Of a DNA stretch of 64,000 nucleotides, positions 9,783 to 17,291 are shown piece after piece. A program made the translations under genes and the position numbers. The notes below the pieces were generated by a model. The model did no database searches. It was given only the letters and a program-made list of their open reading frames with translations, and had not been told where the DNA came from. Numbering within the stretch: the stretch's first letter is position 1; each line of letters starts with the position of its first letter. Where the stretch lies: positions 22,594-86,593 of the forward strand of contig CAUUSZ010000001.1 of the NCBI GenBank assembly GCA_963548065.1, given 5' to 3'. This stretch comes from an uncultured Candidatus Saccharibacteria bacterium (GTDB lineage Bacteria > Patescibacteriota > Saccharimonadia > Saccharimonadales > Saccharimonadaceae).

Positions 9783-10619
9783 ATGAATCAGCAATTTCCC
9801 TCTTATCCTTATGAATCACAGCCGGCAGCTCCACCTCAGGCTCAGCCTGTGCCGCCAGCTCCATATTATCCACAGCAGCCAGTGCAAGCACAGCCGCAGC
9901 AGCCACCGACATGGCCAGCCCAACAGCCCGAGCCTGCACCAACTCAGATACCACAACCGGCAACCCCAACACCCCCAAGTAACCCTGCGCAACCAGCCGA
10001 GCAATCACCCATTCAGCAGTCCGCACCCCTTGTTGTCCAGCCAGCAGCCCAGCCGGCGCCAGCAGCAATGGATGCCAACTATAGCAGTGTTTTTGACGGC
10101 ACACCACTCGTTATGGCAACGCTCGTCTCGCACTATCACAACCGCACCGTCTTTAGCCAAGTGCCCTGCATTCTTGAATGGACGACGACCAATCGCATCC
10201 GCGCCATCGACTTCGACTCCAAAACAAACCAAATGGTCGGCGTGGTGCTCGATATCGATCCACAGCAAATCACCAAAGCGGCCGTCGAGGTAAGCTTTAT
10301 CATCATATGGGTCAATGGCCAGCGCATCCAGTTCGACTTTGCTGGAGCGAGCACCCAGCTGCTAGCTGGCCTTGGCGCTGCAGTGTCACCTGGCATTGGT
10401 GGTATTCTCTATGGCCACAACATCGAGCGCGCACTCGACAACGACTACGACTGGTGGTGGGCCGCCCTTCAAGCCTACGCACCCTACGCTAAGATTGTTG
10501 ACGGCTTCGAGCGTGACGCGATGATTATTAACAGAGGAGTTAATATTGGTCTCATTATGGCCTTTGTGACACCGATCTTGGTGATACTTATCGCCTTTAT
10601 TATGGCATTATTATCATAA
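9783..10619 (+). CDS. Pro/Gln-rich tail-anchored protein, paralog 1 (hypothetical)
   Basis: This 278 aa protein has a roughly 95 aa P/Q low-complexity N-terminus, a conserved core (YSSVFDGTPL.. PC.LEWT.TNRIRAID .. DIDPQQITKA .. SFIIIW.NGQR.QF.FAGA) and a C-terminal TM helix. It is a paralog of 10820..11536. Confidence 0.65.
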   Translation: MNQQFPSYPYESQPAAPPQAQPVPPAPYYPQQPVQAQPQQPPTWPAQQPEPAPTQIPQPATPTPPSNPAQPAEQSPIQQSAPLVVQPAAQPAPAAMDANYSSVFDGTPLVMATLVSHYHNRTVFSQVPCILEWTTTNRIRAIDFDSKTNQMVGVVLDIDPQQITKAAVEVSFIIIWVNGQRIQFDFAGASTQLLAGLGAAVSPGIGGILYGHNIERALDNDYDWWWAALQAYAPYAKIVDGFERDAMIINRGVNIGLIMAFVTPILVILIAFIMALLS

Positions 10620-10819
10620 CGCAGAGTAACTCTAGAAAGCTGATTGATTGGTTAGCTTATTTCCTTGATAGCCAATAGCACCGCAAGACACTATGCATAG
10701 ATACAGCAAATGTAGACACCCTTCTACATTATTGCTTTTATAAATAGCCTGCAGCCAAAAAGATATCTATAAAACATATTCGTACTTATTAGGCTCAAGT
10801 TATATAGTATAATACTTCC

Positions 10820-11536
10820 ATGAATCAGCAGCCCACGACATCTGTATACCCGCAAACCACCTTATACTACCCACCAACACCAACTATGCAACCCGCACCA
10901 CCAATTGGCCGGACTCCTGTTGCAGCAAACCCTCTCCCTCAGCCCATTATGCAGCCAATGCAGTTACCTACTGCCCAATCATTGCAACCTACTATTGAGG
11001 CTAGTTATAGCAGCGTCTTTGATGGCACACCACTCATTGCAGCAACATTTGTCTGGTATAGCACTGGTTATTTCAATGAGACACCCTGTGTTCTCGAATG
11101 GACGAGCACCAACCGTATCCGTGCTATTGATGTAGATGCTTCGATGGGTCAATCAATCGGTGTTATCTTTGACATCGACCCACAGCAGATTACCAAAGCA
11201 AGAACTGAGTCAAGCTTCATTATTATCTGGATTAATGGTCAACGCAACCAATTTAACTTTGCCGGAGCGAACACGCGATTACTCAACGCCTTGAGCGCCG
11301 GTGTGTCACCTAGTATGGGAATCCTTTATTATTCCCATACCGTTCAAGATGCGCTCAATAATCACTACAACTGGTGGTGGTGGAATATTCAGACATACGC
11401 ACCATCTGCCAAATTCGTTGATGGTGATGACCAAGGATTCAAGATTGGCATTGCTATCAGTCTTGCAATACCTTTCATGGCTTTTGTTCTTGCAGTTATT
11501 GTAGTTGTTATACAGATGGCATCGCATCACCCCTAG
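10820..11536 (+). CDS. Pro/Gln-rich tail-anchored protein, paralog 2 (hypothetical)
   Basis: This 238 aa protein has the same architecture and core motifs as 9783..10619. Both genes begin ATGAATCAGCA directly 6 nt after (a)TAGTATAATAC. Confidence 0.65.
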   Translation: MNQQPTTSVYPQTTLYYPPTPTMQPAPPIGRTPVAANPLPQPIMQPMQLPTAQSLQPTIEASYSSVFDGTPLIAATFVWYSTGYFNETPCVLEWTSTNRIRAIDVDASMGQSIGVIFDIDPQQITKARTESSFIIIWINGQRNQFNFAGANTRLLNALSAGVSPSMGILYYSHTVQDALNNHYNWWWWNIQTYAPSAKFVDGDDQGFKIGIAISLAIPFMAFVLAVIVVVIQMASHHP

Positions 11537-11682
11537 AGAACTCCCGGGTTTTGCTCTGAACTTGAAGTTGCTAACACAAAATCTCAGTAAGGTGATAGCC
11601 GGAGTTGTACAAGAGAATGCATTTGGTTCGTCTAGCTAAAACTATTTGACCAATCTCCTCTGATGCGTCATAATGGGGAGCT

Positions 11683-12249
11683 ATGAAACGCACTTTTCTT
11701 GCTGCTGTTATGGTTGCTACTGCTGCATTTGGCGGTTCTCCGGCTTATGCCGAGCCTGCTGCACCACTCAGCAACGATCAGCTCACTCAAATAAAACAAA
11801 ATTGCGTCCGCGTCAAGTCTACCCTGCGGCGTATCCATGCTAACGATGGGCTCGTCCGGGTCAATCAAGGGCAGCAGTACGAGGTGATTGCCACCCGTCT
11901 GATGGCGCCACTCAATAGCCGCATTGCTCTCAACCGGCTCGACGGTGTGGAGCTTGCCAAGACAACGGTAGAGTATAATACTCAGCTTGCCGCCTTCCGC
12001 AGCGAATACCGCCAGTATGAGGAAAAACTATCTGAGCTGCTGCGTACTGATTGCACCGATCAGCCCGTCGAGTTTTATTACCTCATCAAGCCAGTGCGCG
12101 AGCGTCGCAAGCGAGTGGCCGATATTACACTACGGCTCAACCAGTTGCTCAGCCAGTACGGTTCGCAGTTTGATGTATTTTATAGCAAGCAATTCCCCGC
12201 CAAGAAGGAGGTGCCAAGTGCCCAGCAGCCAGCCCAGCCAGTCCAATAA
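11683..12249 (+). CDS. Secreted hypothetical protein
   Basis: The signal peptide is MKRTFLAAVMVATAAFGGSPAYA. The remainder is helical and charged. Confidence 0.6.
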   Translation: MKRTFLAAVMVATAAFGGSPAYAEPAAPLSNDQLTQIKQNCVRVKSTLRRIHANDGLVRVNQGQQYEVIATRLMAPLNSRIALNRLDGVELAKTTVEYNTQLAAFRSEYRQYEEKLSELLRTDCTDQPVEFYYLIKPVRERRKRVADITLRLNQLLSQYGSQFDVFYSKQFPAKKEVPSAQQPAQPVQ

Positions 12250-12643
12250 ACTCGACTTCGAGCACCAGCTGAGCAGTGTGCGCGAGCACCGTTTTTTGGT
12301 AATGATCTGCGGCGTGATCGCTATTGCGGGCATCATGGTGTGGGTTGCTATGGATATGTACAACACCAGCGGTGCAGCACAGGTCGACCTCAGCCGGCCT
12401 GGCTTCCAGGAGGTGCGCAAGCAAGCTGCTCGCGATGCTGAGCCCGAGACATACAAAACCGAAGGTAGCATCACGAAGCAATCGCTCGATGAGTTCAAAA
12501 AGATGTACCAACAGCGCCGTAGTAAGGTCGCCGATGGCACCTTTGACCCAAATGTCCTGAGTGACGAATCACTCCAGCTCTTCTCTACCAATAGCGACAC
12601 CGAGAATCAGCAACAAACGCAAACACCAGCCGAGCAGCAATAG
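12218..12643 (+). CDS. Hypothetical single-pass membrane protein
   Basis: An in-frame GTG at 12218 lies 6 nt after AAGGAGG (12205..12211). The TM helix is FLVMICGVIAIAGIMVWVAMDM. The 5' part of the longer track ORF (11987..) overlaps the previous gene and is probably not translated. Confidence 0.55.
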   Translation: MPSSQPSQSNKLDFEHQLSSVREHRFLVMICGVIAIAGIMVWVAMDMYNTSGAAQVDLSRPGFQEVRKQAARDAEPETYKTEGSITKQSLDEFKKMYQQRRSKVADGTFDPNVLSDESLQLFSTNSDTENQQQTQTPAEQQ

Positions 12644-12664
12644 CACCTCACGCTGACGGCACGC

Positions 12665-12699
12665 AAAACTCGCTTGGATAATAAGCGAGTTTTTGTTTT
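12665..12699 (+). terminator. Intrinsic terminator
   Basis: AAAACTCGCTT-ggataat-AAGCGAGTTTT is followed by TGTTTT. Confidence 0.8.
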
Positions 12700-12892
12700 C
12701 CGCCAATCAATTTCTACCCCTGTAAAAAACTAAATATTCTAGACAATTACTCAGTATTGTTCTGCTAATCTAAGAATCCAGCAAGAGATGGAGCGAGGAA
12801 GTGAGATTTTAATCAGTCGATAACAAGAACCACATAGCACAAGTCTCCATGGTTTAACATTTTTACTCCTTTCGTGATATAAGATAGTTACT

Positions 12893-14365
12893 ATGATTCT
12901 CTCAAAATCTGAAGTTACGCCAGATAGCTCAGCCCCAACATCGCGACATCTCTCGCGCCGCGAGGCGTTAGAAGCGGCTGGCTTAGGAGCACTGAGTGCT
13001 CTACTCAGCGGCGACACCCCTCAGCCTTCTGCAGAACAGCACCAAGACCACGAGAAAGATTCATTCCAGCCGGTTGTTGTCCGGCTTGGTGTTGTGGCGC
13101 TCAACGCCGCTGGCTTCGAGCCCGGCAAGACCAACGAAGAAATATATGAAGAAGTGCGCGTCCACACTGGCCGCATCACTCATACAACTCGTGGTGCGTA
13201 TGAGTTCCATATTACCGAGTTTGCAAGCAACATTGCGCCAGATAGCACCCGCACCAAAGAAGATGGCACAGTTGAGTACTATTACTCCAACGACCAGATC
13301 AAAAAGATCGCCGAAGAATACCGCGAGCAGCTCGATGTGCAGGATGGTGAGCATTCACTCATGCTGATGGCCGTTAATACCGCAGGTGTGGAGAATGATG
13401 TACTCGGCCTCGCCTTCCAGAACACCGACAAAGACAAAGCCAAGGGCGGCAACGGCCCAATGGTGCTTGTGCTGAGTAACAAGACTGGTGGCAACGTATA
13501 TAGTCATGAAATTGGGCACGTACTCTCACGAGATGAGTCAAACACCGACCCTAGCAAGGAAAAGCAGTTCGGCAAAGGTATGGGACACGAGATGGTGATG
13601 GACTGCCTCATCACCGACGCCGAGGGCAATATAACGCAGTATTGCGCGGTCGATACCATCCAGCAGCTGCTTGCTATGGGCTGTGGCCTCAGCAAGCGCG
13701 ATAAGTCTGATGCCGTGAACGAATACGCCTCCCCCGTCACTGTCATGGGTAATTCTATGGTCTACACAGATTCAGACACAAAAGTCAGCCAAGTGACGAA
13801 TGAAGTCACCGCAACAGAGGAGCGCAAACCAATCTACTCGCCCGCCGAGCTTGCCTTCCTCGATGGGCGCCACCAGGTTGAATACACTACGTCGACCGAT
13901 GGACGCTACCCACTCTCGTACGACTTTCGCAAGCGCTTTGCCCTGGCCTACTCGCTACCAAATGACCACGCACTCAAGACGATCCTTCCCAAGGCCGATA
14001 CGCTGGTCTTTGCGCCGATCATCGAGTATATCGATAAAGACACGCCATTTGACTCGACCGATCTAGATGCAGTGCAGCGCCGCATTGGTGTCTTTGCCAC
14101 GTGGGACAATGGCCGCGGTACGGCACTGCTAGATGTGAGCCTATTTAACAAAATCGACTACGCCGGCAAAGAAGAGAATGTTATTTACGCCGATGGGCAG
14201 CTTGGCTTCGTTGCTGTCTCGGGCTACGACAAGAATACCAAGAGCGAGTATGTGCGGATCGTTAGCCTCAGCTCGCAAGAAGGTATCACTCTGCTAGATG
14301 AGGCGCGGACGCGCACTGCCGAGCGCAATCAGCTCCTCCTCAAGCCTAAGCAACCAAACGAATAG
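12893..14365 (+). CDS. Putative secreted zinc metalloprotease (HExxH), Tat-type signal
   Basis: The N-terminal SRREALEAAGLGALSALL is a twin-arginine-like signal. SHEIGHVLSRDE contains HExxH. No further family assignment is possible. Confidence 0.55.
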   Translation: MILSKSEVTPDSSAPTSRHLSRREALEAAGLGALSALLSGDTPQPSAEQHQDHEKDSFQPVVVRLGVVALNAAGFEPGKTNEEIYEEVRVHTGRITHTTRGAYEFHITEFASNIAPDSTRTKEDGTVEYYYSNDQIKKIAEEYREQLDVQDGEHSLMLMAVNTAGVENDVLGLAFQNTDKDKAKGGNGPMVLVLSNKTGGNVYSHEIGHVLSRDESNTDPSKEKQFGKGMGHEMVMDCLITDAEGNITQYCAVDTIQQLLAMGCGLSKRDKSDAVNEYASPVTVMGNSMVYTDSDTKVSQVTNEVTATEERKPIYSPAELAFLDGRHQVEYTTSTDGRYPLSYDFRKRFALAYSLPNDHALKTILPKADTLVFAPIIEYIDKDTPFDSTDLDAVQRRIGVFATWDNGRGTALLDVSLFNKIDYAGKEENVIYADGQLGFVAVSGYDKNTKSEYVRIVSLSSQEGITLLDEARTRTAERNQLLLKPKQPNE

Positions 14366-14428
14366 TGACCAGCTAAACCTTGCAGTTTCTCGCTCCGCCT
14401 CTTGCTGGCTTCTTTTCCTATTGTATTA

Positions 14429-14458
14429 TTATGAATATATTTTCTAACTATTCATTGT
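14429..14458 (+). repeat. Copy 1 of conserved 30-nt element TTATGAATATATTT..T..TTCAT..TTGT
   Basis: The element recurs at 15328..15360. Both copies lie about 65-70 nt downstream of a plus-strand stop codon, and both open a tiny ORF starting MNIFS. Confidence 0.6.
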
Positions 14459-14713
14459 CCATATCAGTGATCATGTGCCCTACATTGGCATTGTAAGCTA
14501 TTCACTTTATCCCCACCAGTCACTCGTTTTTTGCGTCTTACTTGATGATTGCGCTGATGATTTTCTCGCTCATCCTAGGGGAGCTATCTCCCGTAATCAC
14601 CAATTTTATAGCACGAAGAATCTATAGTACGGGAGGCTGTAACACCAAAGCATTCACCTATCCATAGCACAATTTTTTGCATTTGTACCACACTATGCTA
14701 TACTAACCAAGTT

Positions 14714-15256
14714 ATGAATATGAAACCTGTCCTCAAACGTTATATTTCTGAATTTGTCTATGGTGCAGTCGATGGTACCGTTACGACCTTTGCTGTAGTA
14801 GCAGCCAGTGCTGGCGCGGGTATCTCGAGTGCAATTATCTTGGTGCTGGGCGCAGCTAACCTTATTGCCGATGGCTTCTCGATGGGTGCCAGTGCCTACC
14901 TCGCGGCTAGTGCCGAGCACGACGAGTCGGCGCGGAGTACAAGCAAACGCGCCTCACCAAAAATCATCGGCCTCATGACCTTCGCTGCCTTTGTCGTTGT
15001 TGGTAGTGTGCCTGTCATCCCCTATCTTGCCCATGTCCTGGCACGCGGCTCAAGCGCGGCCCACCCTCTGCTGTTTTATATAAGCTCGGGAGCGACGGCA
15101 CTCACCTTTGTAGCAATTGGCTACGTCAAAGGCAAGGTTGGCGGTGAGAATCCATTCGTTGCCGCTCTGCAGACTCTCGCACTCGGTGCTATTGCTGCTG
15201 CCCTGGCCTATGGTGCTGGGACAGTACTCGCTGGGTGGCTGGGTGTGCAGCTGTAA
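14714..15256 (+). CDS. VIT1/CCC1 family iron/manganese transporter
   Basis: EFVYGAVDGTVTTFAVVAASAGAG is followed by multiple TM helices and a C-terminal GAIAAALAYGAG, the VIT family pattern. This is the short form without a ferritin-like domain. Confidence 0.8.
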   Translation: MNMKPVLKRYISEFVYGAVDGTVTTFAVVAASAGAGISSAIILVLGAANLIADGFSMGASAYLAASAEHDESARSTSKRASPKIIGLMTFAAFVVVGSVPVIPYLAHVLARGSSAAHPLLFYISSGATALTFVAIGYVKGKVGGENPFVAALQTLALGAIAAALAYGAGTVLAGWLGVQL

Positions 15257-15327
15257 GAGCTGCACACAATTCTAATGATTCTACCTCTGTTATTTATCTT
15301 TCTTCTATAACTTACTAAGCTTTGTGG

Positions 15328-15360
15328 TTATGAATATATTTAGTAAATGTTCATCATTGT
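15328..15360 (+). repeat. Copy 2 of conserved 30-nt element
   Basis: TTATGAATATATTTAGTAAATGTTCATCATTGT; compare 14429..14458. Confidence 0.6.
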
Positions 15361-15430
15361 TTATGGCATAGTCATTAAGCCATAATGGCTGGTTTCGTCA
15401 CACTCTAAGAAATAAGCTTGGCATCTCTGC

Positions 15431-15733
15431 TCATTTTGCCGCACCATTCTTTGGTAGCTGGTCGATCAGCTCCAGTAGCTTCTCCCAATCAGCTCGCCGG
15501 GTGTGGTCGATATCAACATCGACCGCATGGTCGCGAATCGCCCAGAGGAGCGGCTCGGCCTCTGGCGTGATCCATGGCTGCATCTCGAGCGGATAGGCTA
15601 GCTGGTCAGACATAAGCACTCCATCGCCATAGTCACTCACCAGCGTGTCGATCGTATACTCTCGGCGAAGCATCCGCGCCCATGTGTGACATAGCGCGAT
15701 AGCCTCTGCTCGCGTGAGTACCAACTCACTCAT
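15431..15733 (-). CDS. Hypothetical protein
   Basis: This 100 aa ORF overlaps the upstream glycosylase gene by 4 nt (ATGA-type coupling). Confidence 0.5.
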   Translation of the reverse strand: MSELVLTRAEAIALCHTWARMLRREYTIDTLVSDYGDGVLMSDQLAYPLEMQPWITPEAEPLLWAIRDHAVDVDIDHTRRADWEKLLELIDQLPKNGAAK

Positions 15734-16485
15734 ACCAACCCATCCTTCTGCAGCCCACTAAGCGCAGCAACAAAACGCGGATCGCCGTGCAGCTCCTGGG
15801 TAATGGCGCTCAGTGGTTGCCCCTGCGCCATGCGCCGCACAATCTCGCCCCGCATTTGGCGCAGGCTGCCAGCAAAGCGCGACTGCCGTGTGTAGTGCCG
15901 GCTAGTGCCGAGCTGACCCTTGCCCGCCGCCTTCAGCTCAGCGCCGTAGTCCATCAGCGCCCAGAACCACTGGCGGGGCTGCTCTTTATCCATCGTCTGC
16001 GTCACCAGCGCCAGCACCTCCTCATCTGCCACGCGCTCCTGCCCAGCAAAAAAGTGGTTAAAATATACCGTGCGGATATTGGTCTCTACAAAGGCGGTCG
16101 GGATTTGATGCACGTAATTCATGATAGCTCCAGCCGTGTTAGCACCAATGCCAGGCAGCGCCATCAAATCAGCCTGCGTCACAATAGGCGCACCAGCAGC
16201 AATCGCCTGCGCCACGCTGTGGAGGTACTTGGCCCGGCGATTATACCCCAAGCCCTGCCAGGCCTGCAGCACCACTGGCAGCTGAGCCGCCGCCAAGGCC
16301 TCGATGGTCGGGAACTGCGCGGTAAACTCGGCAAACTTAGGCAGCACCCGCGCCACCTGCGTCTGCTGCAGCATCAGCTCACTCACCAGCACATAGTATA
16401 GCGTCGGCTGGCTGCGCCACGGCATGGGGCGGTAGAGCTGCTCGGCTTTGTGCCATATCATGGCTTGGAATTGTGCTGTGTCCAT
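15730..16485 (-). CDS. HhH-GPD DNA glycosylase, MutY/Nth-like, cysteine-free
   Basis: LVSELMLQQTQVARVLPKFAEF..GLGYNRRAKYLH..LPGIGANTAGAIMNY is the MutY-type HhH-GPD core. The whole 251 aa protein contains no Cys, so the 4Fe-4S loop is absent. Confidence 0.8.
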   Translation of the reverse strand: MDTAQFQAMIWHKAEQLYRPMPWRSQPTLYYVLVSELMLQQTQVARVLPKFAEFTAQFPTIEALAAAQLPVVLQAWQGLGYNRRAKYLHSVAQAIAAGAPIVTQADLMALPGIGANTAGAIMNYVHQIPTAFVETNIRTVYFNHFFAGQERVADEEVLALVTQTMDKEQPRQWFWALMDYGAELKAAGKGQLGTSRHYTRQSRFAGSLRQMRGEIVRRMAQGQPLSAITQELHGDPRFVAALSGLQKDGLV

Positions 16486-16505
16486 AAGTATAGTATACTA
16501 AAAGG

Positions 16506-16682
16506 ATGAAACTATCTCGACTTATTCTCACAATCGCTATTGTCATTATTGCCGCGTGGCTACTTGGTGTTGTACTGAAGCTAGCCGCATGGGTTATCAA
16601 CGGGCTGCTCTCGCTCGCCGCAATCGTCGTCATTATCTGGCTTATTATGATGTTCATCGAGAGCCGCAAGAAGCAGAAATAA
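16506..16682 (+). CDS. Small two-helix membrane protein (58 aa)
   Basis: This ORF falls below the 60 aa track cutoff. It reads ATG at 16506 to TAA at 16680..16682, giving MKLSRLILTIAIVIIAAWLLGVVLKLAAWVINGLLSLAAIVVIIWLIMMFIESRKKQK. There is an AAAGG just upstream. It resembles the widespread small lmo0937/DUF-type membrane peptides. Confidence 0.5.
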   Translation: MKLSRLILTIAIVIIAAWLLGVVLKLAAWVINGLLSLAAIVVIIWLIMMFIESRKKQK

Positions 16683-17024
16683 TTTTCTGAGCTACGCCGC
16701 TCTGTTATATTAGCTTATCGTGACAGCTGGGCCAAGGACAGCTGGCATTGTCCATTTTGTCAAATCTCTCCTTCTTCGTCTTCGCTATGCTCTTGTGTGA
16801 GGCAATACAGTGTGTAGGAGCTATGCGTCATTTTTCCTTTAGTCCTATGCAAAAGGTTAGGTTTTATTCGCCTCCGCAGATGTTTTCTTGCGGAGTAGAA
16901 GCAAGTCGCATGAAACACCAGCCAAGCAATACACAATGCATCGCTTAGCTATAAGCACACTCCACCTCTGTTACTATGTTTTCACTCGTCGACCGTGCCT
17001 AGCTCATGCGCTATACTAAGAACA

Positions 17025-17291
17025 ATGGATGACGAACTATATCTTGATGAAGTCGTGGAGGTGGTAGCGATTTTTCGGCGTGGGCACCAGCCATGTCAAC
17101 CAGTCAAATTTCGGCGTAGTAATGGCCAGGAAGTGACGATCAGGCGAATCGGCCTGGGCTTCGAGCATCAGCGCGGTGCACGCACGGTGCATATCTTCGA
17201 TGTAACAGATGAGCAGGCTGATTACCGCCTGGAGTTTGACAGCATCACACTGGTATGGCGGCTCACACGCGAGGCCGATCATGTCTCATAG
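17025..17291 (+). CDS. Hypothetical protein upstream of dinB
   Basis: The 88 aa product runs from ATG 17025 (MDDELY), with a TATACT 7 nt upstream. Its stop overlaps the dinB start by 11 nt. Confidence 0.5.
   Translation: MDDELYLDEVVEVVAIFRRGHQPCQPVKFRRSNGQEVTIRRIGLGFEHQRGARTVHIFDVTDEQADYRLEFDSITLVWRLTREADHVS

Noticed and set aside
14429-14458. The repeated ATGAATA..TATTCAT element could be a Fur or DtxR box.
   Set aside because: Neither the 7-1-7 Fur/PerR consensus (TGATAAT-N-ATTATCA) nor the DtxR/IdeR consensus fits beyond the general AT-rich palindromic character. It is kept only as an unexplained repeat.
15787-16401. Long antisense or shadow ORFs appear in the six-frame track. Examples are 15787..16401, 18523..19479, 25115..25687, 31726..32241, 39479..40024, 40942..41490, 49693..50202, 55147..55797, 56601..57215 and 59842..60324.
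   Set aside because: Each lies entirely within, and opposite to or out of frame with, a gene whose product carries unambiguous family motifs. Their translations are Arg/Cys/His-rich or of low complexity, as expected for shadow frames in GC-richer coding DNA.
16683-17011. A LexA/SOS box was sought upstream of the dinB operon.
   Set aside because: I found neither a GAAC-N4-GTTC (Cheo-type) nor a TCGAAC-N4-GTTCGA-type palindrome. There are only a 7-bp hairpin (CTCCGCA..TGCGGAG) and a short direct repeat (GACAGCTGG twice) of unclear meaning.
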